Shown: positions 38,030 through 51,976, numbered from the stretch's first letter. The stretch: DNA of 64,000 nucleotides from the human T2T-CHM13v2.0 reference genome, Homo sapiens (GCF_009914755.1 NC_060930.1); one strand, 5' to 3'. Notes: a model not told the origin generated them from the sequence alone. Numbers and translations are program-made.

Positions 38030-41000
38030 TGATAGGGTTTGGCTGTGTCCCCACCCAAATCTCATCTTGTAGCTCCCATAATTCCCATATGTTGTAGGTG
38101 GGACCTAGTGGGAGGTAATTAAATCATGGGGGCAGTTTTCTCCATACTGTTCTTGTGGTAATGAATAAGTCCTACAAGATCTGATGGTTTTACAAGGGGT
38201 TTCCCTTTTTGCTTGGCTTTCATTTCCTCATGACTACCACCATGTAAGACGTGCCTTTCACCTTTCACCATGAGCATGAGGCCTCCCCAGTCACGTGAAA
38301 CTGTGAGTCAATTAAACCTCTTTTTCTTTATAAATTACCCTGTCTCAGGTATGCCTTTATCATCAGTGTGAAAATCGACTAATACAGTAAACTGGTACCA
38401 GGTAGTGGGGCACTGCTGTAAAGATACCGGAAAATGTGGAAGTGACTTTGGAACTGGGTAACAGGCAGAGGTTGGAACAGTTTGGAGGGCTCAGAAGAAG
38501 ACAGGAAAATGTGGGAAAGTTTGGAACTTCCTAGAGACTTGGAGGGCTAGAAGACAGGAAAATGAGGGAAAATTTGGAACTTCCTAGAGGCTTGTAGAAT
38601 CACTTTGAGTAAAATGCTGATAATGACATGGATAATAAAATCCAGGCTGAGGTAGTCTCAGATGGAGATGAGGAACTTGTTGAGAACTGGAGTAAAGGTG
38701 ACTGTTGCTATGTTTTTTGTTTTTTTGTTGTTTGTCTGTTTTTTACTTTAAGTTCTGGGATACATGTGTAGAGCATGCAGGTTTGTTACATAGGTATACA
38801 TGTGCCATGGTGGTTTGCTGCACCTATCAATCCATCATCTAGGTTTTAAGCCCCACATGCATTAGCAGGGGTCTCCCTCCCCTTGCCTCCCACCCCAAAA
38901 GAGGCTCCAGTTTGTGATGTTCTCCTCCCTGTTTCCATGTGTTCTCATTGTCCAACTCCCACTTACAAGTGAGAACATGCGGTGTTTGGTTTTCTGTTCC
39001 TGTGTTAGTTTGCTGAGAATGATGGTTTCCAGCTTCATCCATGTCCCTGCAAAAGATCAGAAATCATTCTTTTTTATGGCTGCATAGTATTCCATGGTGT
39101 ATATGTGCCACAGTTTCTTTATCCAGTCTATCATTGATGGGCATTTGGGTTAGTTCCATGTCTTTGCTATTGTGAATAGTGCTGCAATAAACATATGTGT
39201 GCATGTGTCTTTATAGTAGAATGATTTATAATCCTTTGGGTATATACCCAGTAATGGCATTGCTGGGTCAAATGGTATTCCTGGTTCTAGATCCTTGAGG
39301 AATTGTCACACTGTCTTCCACAATGGTTGAACTAATTTACACTCCCACCAACTGTGTAAAAGTGTTCCTATTTCTCCACATCTTCTCCAGCATCTGTTGT
39401 TCCCCGACTTTTTAATGATCGCCATTCTAACTGGCATGAGATGGTATCTCATTGTGGTTTTGATTTGCATTTGTCTAATGACCAGTGATGATGAGCTTTT
39501 GTTCATATGTTTGTTGGCCACATAAATGTCTTCTTTTGAGAAGTGTCTGTTCATATCCTTCCCCCACTTTTGTATGGGGTTGTTTTTCTCTTGTAAATTT
39601 GCTTAAGTTCCTTGTAGATTCTGGATATTAGCCCTTTGTCAGATGGATAGATTGCAAAAATTTTCTCCTATCCTGTAGGTTGCCTATTTACTATGATGAT
39701 AGTTTCTTTTGCTGTGCAGAAGCTCTTTAGTTTAATTAGATCCCATTTGTCAATTTCGGCTTTTGTTGCCATTGCTTTTGGTGTTTTAGTCATGAAGTCT
39801 TTGTCCATGCCTATGTCCTCGATGGTATTGCCTAGGTTTTCTTCTAGGGTTTTTTATGGTTTTAGGTTTTACATTTAAGTCCTTAATCCATCTTGAGTTA
39901 ATTTTGTGTAAGGTGTAAGGAAGGGGTTCAGTTTCTGTTTTCTGCATATGGCTAGCCAGTTTTCCCAGCTTTTATTAAATAGGAAATCCTTTCCCCATCG
40001 CTTTTGTCAGGTTTGTTGAAGATTAGAGGGTTTAGATGTGTGGTTTTATTTCTGAGGTCTCTGTTCTGCTCCATTGGTCTATATATCTGTTTTAGTACCA
40101 GTACCATGCTGTTTTGGTTACTGTAGCCTTGTAGTATAGTTTGAAGTCAGGTAGCTTGATGCCTCCAGCTTTTTACAATTGTCTTGGTTCCATATGAAAT
40201 TTAAAGTACTTTTTTTTTCTGACTCTTGCTATGTTTTAGCAAAGAGACCTGTGGCATTTTGCCCCTGCCCTAGAGATCTGTGGAACTTTGAAGTTGAGAG
40301 TCATGCCCTTAGGTTATCTGCTGGAAGAAATTTCTAAGCAGCAAAGCATTCAAGATGTGACTTGTGTGCTGTTAAAGGCATTCAGCTTTACAAGGGAAAT
40401 GGAGCATAAAAGTTCAAAAAATTTGCAGACTGATGATGCAATAGGAAAAAAAGAAAACACACTTTCTGGGAGAAATTCAAGCCAGTTGCAGAAATTTGCA
40501 TAAGTGACAAGGAGCCAAATGTTAATCACCAAGACAATGGGAAAAATGTCTCCAGGACATGTCAGAGGTCTTCACAGCAGCCCCTTCTATCACAAGCCCA
40601 GAGGTCTAGGAGTAAAAAATGGTTTCATGGGCTGGGCCCAGGGCACCCCTGCTGTGTGCAGCTTATGGACTTGGTGCCCTGTGTCCCAGCTGCTCTAGCC
40701 ATGGCTAAAAGGGTCCAAGGCATAGCTTAGGCCATGACTTCAGAGGGTGCAAGCCCCGAGCCTTGGCAGTTTCCACATGGTGTTGAACCTGAGGGTGCAC
40801 AGAAGTCAAGAATTGAGGTTTGGGAACCTCCACCTCAATTTCAGAGGATGTATGGAAACACCTGGATGTCTAGGCAGAAGTTTGCTGCAGGGGTGGGAGC
40901 CCCACGGAGAACCTCTGCTAGGGCAGTGCAGAAGGGAAATGTTGGGTGAGTCCCCACTGGGGCATTGCCTAGTGGAGCTGTGAGAAAAGGGACCATCCTC

Positions 41001-41566
41001 CAGACCCCGGAATGGTAGATCCACCAACACTACCAACAACTTGCACCGTGCTCCTGGAAAAGCCACAAACACTCAATGCCAGCCCATGAAAGCAGCTGGG
41101 AGGAAGCCTGTACCCTGCAAAGCCACAGGGGTGGAGCTGCTCAAGGCTGTGGGAGTCCACCTCCTGTATGAGTGTGACCTGGACGTGAGACATGGAGTCA
41201 AAGGAGATTATTTTGTAGCTTTAAGATTTGACTGCCCCACTGGATTTCAGACTTGCATGGGGCCTTTAGCCCCTTTGTTTTACCGGTTTCTTCCATTTGG
41301 AATGAATGTGTTTATCCAATGCCTGTACTCCTATTGTATCTTGGAAGTAACTAACTTGCTTTTGATTTTACAGGCTCATAGGCAGAAGGGACTTGCCTTG
41401 TCTCAGATGAGACTTTGGACTGTGGTCTTTTGAGTTAATACTGAAATGAGTTAAGATTTTGAGGGACTGTTGGGAAGGCATGATTGGTTTTGAAATGTGA
41501 GGACATGAGATTTGGGAGGGCCCAGGGGCAGAATGATATGGTTTGGCTGTGTCTATCTCATGTTGT
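38030..41566 (+). mobile_element. THE1B MaLR element: 5' LTR 38030-38386, THE1-int, 3' LTR stub 41534-41566
   Basis: TGATAGGGTTTGGCTGTGTCCCCACCCAAATCTCATCTTG...GACTAATACA followed by GTAAACTGGTACCA; internal part ends GGGGCAGAA before TGATATGGTTTGGCTGTGTC. Confidence 0.93.
38717..40219 (-). mobile_element. 5'-truncated L1PA (L1PA7/8-like) inserted in THE1-int
   Basis: ORF2 C-terminal peptide in ORF 39306..39554 (RHFSKEDI...[29 protein letters not shown]); 18-bp TSD TGACTGTTGCTATGTTTT (38699-38716) / TGACTCTTGCTATGTTTT (40220-40237). Confidence 0.95.
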
Positions 41567-43534
41567 CACAAATATAATTTGAATCCAACTGTTTTCTCAT
41601 ACACCAGTGAATTTATATTATTATGTTTTACTCATAATTAATTTTTAAATAAAAGCTGAAAGTTTCTTGTTTTTTGGTCATCTGTATTTTTTATGCTTTT
41701 TAAATCTCTGTATGTTATGTTATATGTATACATTTTTTCAACCAGAATATATAAAAGAGCTCTATCGGGTTAAGGAGAAAATAACCATTTAATTAATTCA
41801 TCACAAATATAGAAATCAACCCAAATATCTCTTAGTTCTTATGACTTAAGTAAATCTTTGAAAAATAAGCTGATTTTAAATTTATTCATAAAGCAAAAAT
41901 AGAGCTGTTTTCAGAATTGTCAGCATACATTTTTTCCTGAGTTTATTGGTCAGACAGGATTATATTTTTCTCTACCAGATGTTTTAAGGTCATAAAACTA
42001 TAAATCCAGCTTAAAAGCAAAATAATTTTTGTTGATGTAACTTATTGACAAATAAGACTAGTTTAATATTATTGGTTTAATGAAAACAACTGTATCTTCT
42101 GAGTTATCAGCTAAGTATCCATATATTTAAGAGTCTTACTTAGATGAACACCTGATATTCACATGCTGTTAAAAAAATGATTAGAAGATAATGTGAAATA
42201 ATTACTAGCTCTGTCTAATGTCTCAGTTTTCATAAAGTATGTGTAATTGTTAAAAATAAATAAATTAGGTAAATGTAAATGAGATTTATAAACTTTTCAT
42301 GTAATTTGAAATCTTACCATTATATTGAATTAAATCATAGACATTGATAAAACATGAGTCATTTCTAAATAAGCTAAAATACAGAAACATTAATTGCTAA
42401 ATATAAATTAATGTTTCTTTATTTTTGCCTTCTTAAATTTTATAAAAAGACAAAAGGCATGTTGGTCAATTAATATCATGTCCTGTTCCACATTAAAAGT
42501 TGTTCCATAAAAATCATTTTTAGACATTATAAAATACATATTGGTCCCGAGATAAAAATACATTATAATTCAAAATTTCTTCCTGGGTATTTACTAAAAA
42601 TTAAAGTTACTAAACATTAAGACTTCTAATTAATATATGTAGTTCCATATACAAAGAAAATGTATATGCAAAAGTAATGTGTATGAGTAAGAATTTTGTG
42701 TGGTCTCAAAGATAGGGGGAAGAAAAAGTAAAATTTTGTCCTAAGGTAAAATGAGTGATTGTTCCAATATTTTAAAAAGGGAAATTATAGAACAAAAACT
42801 GGCAGGTCTAAGCAAATCATGGAGAGTTTATGAAGGATGGATCTTATAAAGTGAGTTTTGTATGTGATTGAGTTGGCTAGGACTGGAAGGAAATTGTTTG
42901 TTTTTCTAATAATTAAGTATTGGTGTCAGGGGTGCACTGATTAAGGACCAAAGTCTGGTACTCTATGTTTGAAATAGCAAGGTTTTCTCAGAATGTTGAT
43001 CTGCTGTGGGTTTTAAAAAAGTTGCAAGGGGTTTTTATCTTAATTCTGAAATCTGTTTTTTTACATTTTCAACCATTTTCTGAAGTAGAGCTTTTTCTTA
43101 TTTTACAGTTTCTACCTATTTTCAAATTAGAAGTGTTATCTTCTTCATGTAGGAAAAAAATTCATTTCTCAAGGTAGAATTTTCCTTTTGAAGCTTTTCA
43201 GACCCATATCTCAGTGGCTAGGCTTTATATGCAACCCACTCCATGTGATTTACCTTCTGTTCTTTCTTCGTTCCTTAAAAAGGTACATATTGTTGCTTAA
43301 CTATAGTTCCTCAACTATAGCTAACTATAATTATATAGAAATTTTGAATTGTAATGTATTTTTATGTCATTAATATAATCTCTAAAAACAATTTTTATAG
43401 AACAACACTCTCCAACTTTTTTGTTAGTTGTTGCAATTTTTTTTTAAGTTATACTACTATTGTGGCCCGATGCTGGCCAACGTTTGTCTTAAAGTTTTCT
43501 CTGGTAACATGAGACTGTATTCTTGGCTCTTCTT

Positions 43535-44171
<637 letters not shown>

Positions 44172-46992
44172 ATGCTTTTACTTTTTCTAAAAGCCATGCA
44201 TTCCCCTGATCAAGGTACTGGTTTTCTTGTTTACTTTATTCCTTTTTAATAAAGTGTACACTCATAATCTTGGACACATACTCTCGCAGTATCTAATTGG
44301 ATTCAAGTACCTTTCCATGAGGTTCAACTTCTAGGTTATCCAAATGGGCTTCCCATAGGAAAGGCAGTCATACTGTAGGAGGCTTTTCACTTACCTTTCA
44401 AGTAATCAGCCTAAGAAACAGATATTTTATATTTTAAGATAAGTTCTTGTGCTTGGTGCTGTCTTTATTAGTTTTTTACTACTTAGAAAAACTAGGTCAT
44501 CTCTAGCACAGGTCTAAGTTTTTTCCCTCTGAACTATGTAACTTTTTATATTTGCTTTTGAAGTCTTTTAATAATCACTCTGATTAAATAATTATCTCAC
44601 AATGACATCTGATTATATTTTAATTAAATGTTTTAAGTTTTTTTAACATCTTTAACAAACTTCCCCAAAATCAAATTCTAATTTAAGTACTTTTAAGCTT
44701 AAATTGACTTTGGGATTTTTCAGTTGGGCCCCAAAAAAACATCAAACGATGCATCTCCCATGATGCTTATTCGATGGGTTGTATAAAGGCACTGTCAAAT
44801 AATAAAGTGACACTAGCTCTTACTAAAATTATATTTAGATGGATGCATTATTGATGTGAATGCTTTAACATTTATAAAATTTATAAAGGTCTGATGGTTC
44901 TTACTGTGATGCTATCAGTAATGATTTTGGTTGTTATCTTAAAATGCCATACACAATAGAAATAACTAAATTTCTTAATCAATTGCTGAACTTTTATCAC
45001 ATTATAACTGTGACTGTTCTAATTTTTTGGTCATCTACAGTGCTGATTCTTATCTAGTGGCATCTGCAACAAGATTCATAAAAAAGATTCTAGCAAGTAC
45101 TCCTCAGTACAGATGTCTAGTAACTTTAAGATCAATGGACTAAATAAAAATTTCTAAAATGCTAACAGGTTCATAAAACTGCTAACCAAGATAATGAAGA
45201 ACAAAATTTAATTGCCTGAGATTGAATAACTGATAAAAATTATGATTTTTATGACTTTTATTTGAAACATTATTGGTTATTCATTTAAATATTGTTTTCC
45301 ATATTTAAGAAAACTTTCTTTCTTGAGCTGCCTATAGCTTACAGCAATTTGGTAAAGTGCACTTTAATAAACAAAGGTGAAAACATTTACTTTTCTACTT
45401 GATCCCTTCAAAACTTGAAAACTATTCATGAGTTTTTTATGTTATGACAGTATGGTTTTTAATAGGATGCAATTATAATTGTTAATTATATTACCAATAT
45501 TATATTGGTAGTTATATTACCAATATTATTATATTGGTAGTTATATTACCGATATTATTATATTGGTAATATAATTATTTAATATATCACATTTAAAATT
45601 AATATATCATATTTTACATTGTTTATACTCATACATACTGAAGATAAAATCTGAAGCCTGCCTTGATTTGGCTTCCTAGCTTCAAAATATTTTTAACAAA
45701 GGTCCAATCTGAGATTCAATCATTATGCTTGCTATACTAATATAAACAATCAGGCCAAATCTAATAAATCTGAATTTATGTTACAAACAAATTAGTGTTA
45801 CTCTAATGATCTTTTGTAAAAATTGGGCTGTCTATAGTATATTGTTTTTAGACTGTAACCCTATGCATTGTTTTTGAGTTTTTATTATCTACCTGTAGGC
45901 TGGACAGGATACTAAACTCTCCTAAGTTCCTGTAATTCAATTTTTCTCTCACAGAATTACTAAGAAGAGAAATAGTTATTTCCTAACGCCCTATAAACAA
46001 ATTACAGTTTAAATTTAGTTTTTAGTTTTAGTTTAAATAAATTTCAGGGGACAAGCCTCACGCCTAGTGTGTGGGCTACACAGAGTTCACCAAACCACCC
46101 AGTGACATAATGGGAGACATTCAAACTGTGAAACTGCCAACTTCATGCTGTAGGCAACTTTTCCCAAGAGCACTAAACCAAGACTCCATGTTCTAATAAG
46201 ACCGTTGCCCCTCTTAATGCCTATCTTTTTCACTTAAATAATAGATTACTTAAGTGAAAATCTATTTATTATTGTAATAATAATTACAATGAGCTCATAA
46301 TTAAAAGTTTAGAATCATACCCGATATGAATAACATAACAAAACCTGACTTAAGCAATTCTTAAGTCCACCTGTTGGGTAATTTTGGCAATACCCCCAAG
46401 ACAACTTTTTGTTCTAATTGTACTAATGGTCCTTTCTACAGAGCTGGCACTCTGCTTTAATTCATCTTAATCATGAAATGCTAGTCCATGGCTACAACAA
46501 GTCTTCCCACTTCCTCTATGGCTTTTTCATCTGCTGAGTTGGTTGCCCTTAGGCATGAGCTCTTGGTTAAAAACCTTTGTACAAATTAATTTTATTATAT
46601 TGTTGCTGGGTTTTTTTTTCTTGTATTTTGCTCTTGATATTTAAGCTCTGTTCTTGTGTTTTGTCTAATCTTTGTAAAAATCAGTTATCTCAACAGGATG
46701 ATGTTAGCCAAATACTTTGAGATTATTGACAATGCCTAAGAGACTAATAAGGTAGAACTTGATGCTAAACTCCAGGCAAACCTGCCCTAAGAAAGGTTTT
46801 GGTTGTTTCATTCTGTTTTTCTTTCTGGCACCTTTGTTACTCAAATGCGGTCTGGGTCCCTGATGTTGACTACCTTACTTCCCCCGATGGGGGACCAGAG
46901 ACCACCAAGACAGGTCCACTAAGCACCAAAAGACAATTAAACCTAATTTCAAGACAGTTGATCAGTAACATTTTCAGAAAAAGATCTTGATC

Positions 46993-47004
46993 AAAAGGGG
47001 GAAA
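46993..47004 (+). other. Polypurine tract
   Basis: AAAAGGGGGAAA immediately before the TGTGAG start of the 3' LTR. Confidence 0.85.
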
Positions 47005-47528
47005 TGTGAGAATTAATGATGTGAACTGAAGTTAACTTGTCCACCTAAGTAGATTAGAGTCAGACCAGCGGCAGGTGGGAAGCACCGAGGCACAGGTCAC
47101 TTGCCCAGGGACAATCTCACCAGCCAGCTGCCAAGTCACTTGCCCAGGGACACTATCAACCAGCTGCCATGTCAGTTACCCAGCGACAATCTCACCAGCC
47201 AGCTGCCAGGTCACTTGCTGCAACCTTAAGGCCATTTTTACGCAGGAGATGCTGAAACAAACTCCTGTGACTCCAAGACTAGTGTTACCCACTCTTGTCA
47301 CTCACCAATCCGAGCTTGCCAGCTCCCTAAAACCTTGCTAGTGCCAATGAATTTTCTTTCACAACAATGCATAACATTTTTCTTTCTAAGAAGACCCTTA
47401 ATCTTCTTTCTTCTTTGGACATACTGAAGACCACCTAGGCTGTGTGTATGCTTCAAGCTGAAGTCTCTTCTCTAAAATAAAACACTTTATTTAGAGATTC
47501 ATGTATATATTTTTATTTGACTTTGACA
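47005..47528 (+). mobile_element. 3' LTR of the provirus
   Basis: TG...CA termini, homologous to 36542-36979, with an extra internal tandem repeat. Confidence 0.9.
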
Positions 47529-48289
47529 ATACTCATATGCCACCTCAGAAGCAAAATGTTTTTAAAAAAGAGAAGACGGCTTTGGGAAAACCATCACATA
47601 GGTTCTATTTTTATGTTTATCTATATACATAACTGGGATATTCAGTCAAAAAAATAAAATATTTCCCCTGACTTGTGATGGCCATTGGCAATTATAAGAA
47701 AAGTCATCCCAGAATTGAAAAGTTCAGCCATGCCCTGCCCCATGGGCCAGGTTCGTCTGCTATAAACACTCAGACAGCAAGAATTAAATGGATCCTCATC
47801 TCTGTTTTCTCAGTGTTGTGTTTGGAACTGAAAGTCTTTTCCTCCCTTCTTAATGGTGTTAATCACATCTTTATCAATAGAATTCAAAAGGCTCCCTTTA
47901 TTGCCCTCACAATATGCTCTCCTGAGGCAAATAATTTAGACTCAAGTAACTGCCAAGATTACTGGAAACAATAAACCATATTTACACATGCCTGTTAATG
48001 TTTTATGTCTGAAAGAATTCTTATAAAATAGACACCCAGCATCTAGAATCAGGAGAGATATGGAACCTCCCTTTTCATGTTTGTTTTGTATTTTCTTTTA
48101 CAGGTGAAAGGTAAAAGGTAAAACTTTATATTTTTATCTCCTTATTTCCTTAAGATCTTCTAATTTTAGGAAAATATTGTATCATGTTTTCACCCTCCAC
48201 AAACAATCATTCTTTTTTCCAGAAATATCTTGACTCCCCTTCAAGAATTTGTCTTCTCATGAGGTAGTAGTGGTGGCTCTGGCTGTGTC

Positions 48290-48590
48290 CCCTGTGGTCT
48301 CCTGCCTTTCCCTGGCCCAGGAGTGGGCACATAACCGAGTGGGACCACAGCTTGGAGTCTGGAGTGAGAATAGGTGGGAAGCTCAGTGGAGAGCATATCT
48401 GGCCACCTGGCCTTGGAGTTGTCCTGTCCTGACGGATGCAGGACGACTGAGCCTGTACCTGAGCCCACACCTCCTCCTGCTGCCTGGGGATTCTGCAGGC
48501 CACCACCACCCCCACACATTCCCAATGCTATTAAGCATGCCACAGTTATTTTCTGTGGCTTGCAACCAAAAAACTCTAATAACTGATACA
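48290..48590 (+). mobile_element. Old MLT1-type LTR fragment
   Basis: Ends TTTCTGTGGCTTGCAACCAAAAAACTCTAATAACTGATACA, the typical MLT1 3' terminus. Confidence 0.55.
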
Positions 48591-50519
48591 ATTCTGCAAA
48601 GCCAACAGTCACAGACTACCAATGGCAATGAGAGGAGACCACATTCCAAAAGACAATGTGATGAGCATTTAAAGAAAGAATTACCTATGTCTGAGTGAAG
48701 ACCTATGACACAAAACATGCAAGGAAAGTGGGCTGAGGTTGGGAACACAGGACATATTTTCATGAGGTTTAAATGGTTCATGCAGATTGAAGCCAGATCT
48801 GGCCTCCATGTCCTCTGGTCTCCCCTGCCACATCAGCCACAGAATGGATGCGTGGACAGCAACACGTGCCGTCACCCAAGCTCAGCAGGACCCTCGCCTC
48901 CCAGGCTGGGTACTTGGAACTAAGAGATTGTTTAACTCTCCTGTTATTCATTTGAAACACAAACTTTGATAGCCATGATTCATCTTAATATTTAAGAGAA
49001 TGGTTCCATTCGCTTTGATAGGCATGTTTTCTAATCTATTTTAAAATACTACTTTACAGTAACATGGAAATTTGCACCTGGGGTACACATTAGTGGTGCT
49101 GTGTGTACATTTTATTTTTGGATAACTGTAAGATGGAAAGATTTAGAGATGTCTGGAAGGCTGGGTGCTCTGGCCCTGCTGACCAACAGGAAGTCCATGC
49201 CAGAGGTCGTGTCCATAGCAGTAAGAATGGAAATACTAGAGCTAAGCCAGCAATCCTGCAAGGGACCTGGATGACACACATAGGCTGAGGAGGAGCCACA
49301 GAACTCAGGACAGACCCTTCAGAGGCAGGGAGCTCAGGCCTGATGTCATCGCTCAGCCACCAAGGACATGCACATGAAGGTGGTTCCTAGCAGCTCTTGG
49401 GTCCTCATAGCAGGGGCAGCTGCCTCCAACAGAAGACTTCATGTATACTAAGAACCTTGTCCTTCTTTGAGTCCACAAAGCCTCCCAAGAGGTCCAAAAC
49501 AGAGTCATTCAGGCCTGGGTTTCCAACCTGGCATTGCCACCTCCAGCAAGGCACGTAGGGATGTCGATTTCATTATTTATAAAAGGAAGATGGCGGCATA
49601 GACATGAGCTCCTTCCCATAGCCCCTCCTTCAGCTGAGCAGGTTGCAGTCAACGTGCTCAGATGCTGGATGCCAACGCTGGCTCTATTCCCAGGGTCTGG
49701 GGCTGAAGTGCGTGAGACTCCCAGTCACGTGTCCAGATGGCTTTGCAAATGGCCATGATTCCATCCCCACAAGCACAGGTGCTCTGCCAGATCCCTATTT
49801 GCCCATATCCTTTATCTAACTCCCGCAAAAACTTACGCGCTCCTGGCCTGGTAGTGAGTCTGCCACCCACTCCATCACCTGCCCACCCTCTACTTCCCAG
49901 GAGCCAAATAACTGCCCTATATATGCATCATCAAATGATGGTCTCCTCTAAAAAGAATGTGTTTGGCTCTAGACTGTGCAGTGTGTTTGTCCCTCATTAG
50001 CCTGTGTCTGCTGCCAAGGGCATTCATCATACAGCCCCGTGTCGGATGATTTCAGCAGCACTCAACTGTGAGATGGGTCTCTTTGGGATCCTTTGATGCA
50101 ACTCAAGAAGCATTTCTGAGAGTCCCTGCTGTCCCAGCTCCACCAGGGCTGGCCAGAGCCGGCAGGGGCCACACGTCTGAGGCCAACCACCGCTGCCTCC
50201 TTTACAAGCAACATCTCCAGAGACCCAAGCCAGTGATTGGTGCCTTCACTTTAGAGGTTGACTTATGAGCCAGTCCTCAAGAGATGGTGGACTGTTTTTT
50301 TGTTTTTTTTTTTTTCGTCTTTTGTTGTTTTGCAACGGTTTAGATTTTGCAGCTTCAGAAACAACCAGATCCTGCTAGAGGCAAAATCCAAGTAAATCCA
50401 AGTGAAGAAAGTGTATATACAGGGGCCTCTGTCATTCCCAGGGTCTGAGGCAAACAGTGTCACTGTTCTTATGTCAAGTAGCCCAATCCTGGGCTGCCCT
50501 TTTGCCAGAGGCTGCACAG

Positions 50520-50690
50520 CCCTCTGTGCATGCAGGAATCAAGCATGTTCTCTTGTGTCCTCCTCTGCAGAATGAGGACAATACTATCCCTTACCTGTAA
50601 GCTCAGGGTGAGGATCAAGTGTGTTCAAACAGGTAAAGAGCTTAGAAGAGTGTCTGGCACACAGGATGGGATTCGTGTGTCCAGTCCTTA
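50520..50690 (+). mobile_element. MIR
   Basis: TCCTCTGCAGAATGAGGACAATA...GTGAGGATCAAGTG...GTAAAGAGCTTAGAAGAGTGTCTGGCACACAG. Confidence 0.75.
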
Positions 50691-51002
50691 TCAACTTCAA
50701 ATACAAACAATAACGATGGCTGGCTTGCCGTGGTCCCAGCCCACTGAGCTAAGTAAAAATACCAAACTCACTGTAGGAAAAGCAAAAGCGTGATGCTATC
50801 ATAAGAATTGTCACACGTGCAGATGATGGCTTGGGTTCTAGTTCTTAAGTCTTCTAATTTGCTGGTTTTGTGTTGATCCTGAATAAATTTAGAGCCCTGC
50901 CTACTTTCACTGAGACTACGGGGAGTCCTCTGTGCTGCTGGAAAATCCCTAATAAATACACAGAGGAGACTTCCTGGGGTCTCCACCGCAGGTCATGATC
51001 AT

Positions 51003-51220
51003 GAGCCTGGACCGCGAAGGTGTAGGGTCTCCGGTGTAATTCCCACTTCCACCACTAGCAACCAGGCTGTAAATGCCACCCTCTGCCCCTGTTTCCCCAG
51101 CTGTAAAACAGAATTAATTGTAGGTCCTACATTATGGTGGTGTTGGGAGAACTGAATGAGTTAATGTGTAGATAGTGGCCGTCACCCAGCAAGCATTCTG
51201 TGAACATTAGCTATTATTAC
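51003..51220 (+). mobile_element. MIR
   Basis: CTCTGCCCCTGTTTCCCCAGCTGTAAAACAG...GAACTGAATGAGTTAATGTGT...ACATTAGCTATTATT. Confidence 0.75.
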
Positions 51221-51976
51221 AAACGAAAATCTAAAAACAAGATTAGTTATTGCCATGGAGCTTTCCTGTCAGTCCCTTCTGAAAGTCCAGGGATGAAAGG
51301 AACTATGAAATGCACCTGAGAGCTCCTCTGGGCCCGCCCTGCTTCAGCCGCCAGCACTGCACCTGCGCTCTGCAGTCCCTCCCATCACAGCGGAGGTCTG
51401 GCAGCACATCCCTGCCTGCAGCTGCAGACCGAGGCGGTGCTCCCAGCTCTCGAAGCTTCTCAAGGAATCCGGCAATAGCCGGTGACGCCTGGACCCCCGA
51501 GCCCTGACTGAGTCTTTGCAGGCTGGGCTGGGTGGGGTGGGGGGAGGCAGGCCCCTGCAGGCCCCCCTCCCTCTGCAACAGAGCTGGCTGCCCCAGCCTG
51601 TGATTTGTGTTTACACAGGCTCCACAATGAGGTGTGGCACTTAATGAAAGGGCTCTGTCACTTACCCAGTGAAACAGGGAGTCTGAAGGCCAAAGAACTG
51701 GTTACTTCTTGTACGTGAGGCAGGACGATCTGAGCTCCGGCCCGGACGGAGGGCGAGCACTCGGCTCCCTTCAGTTCAGCACAGAGGAGCAGACCTGCTG
51801 CTGAGCTGCCGTGCAGCACGAGCTGGGGGAGCGGGAAATCATGACCCACAGGCTTGTCTTCAGAGAGCCTGTTGAGGGTGGCATGTGATGGGCACCTGAG
51901 CACCCAGGTCAGAGGCAGGGTGGGGGGACTTCTGGGAAGCCAGTCCTGAGTTAAAGGACTCTGGAAGCCCACGGCA

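Noticed and set aside
38282-38294. PRDM9 hotspot 13-mer in the THE1B LTR
   Set aside because: Reads CCTCCCCAGTCAC, which mismatches CCNCCNTNNCCNC at two fixed positions
38485-38594. ~55-bp tandem duplication in THE1-int
   Set aside because: I recall this duplication in other THE1-int copies, so it is probably inherited rather than locus-specific
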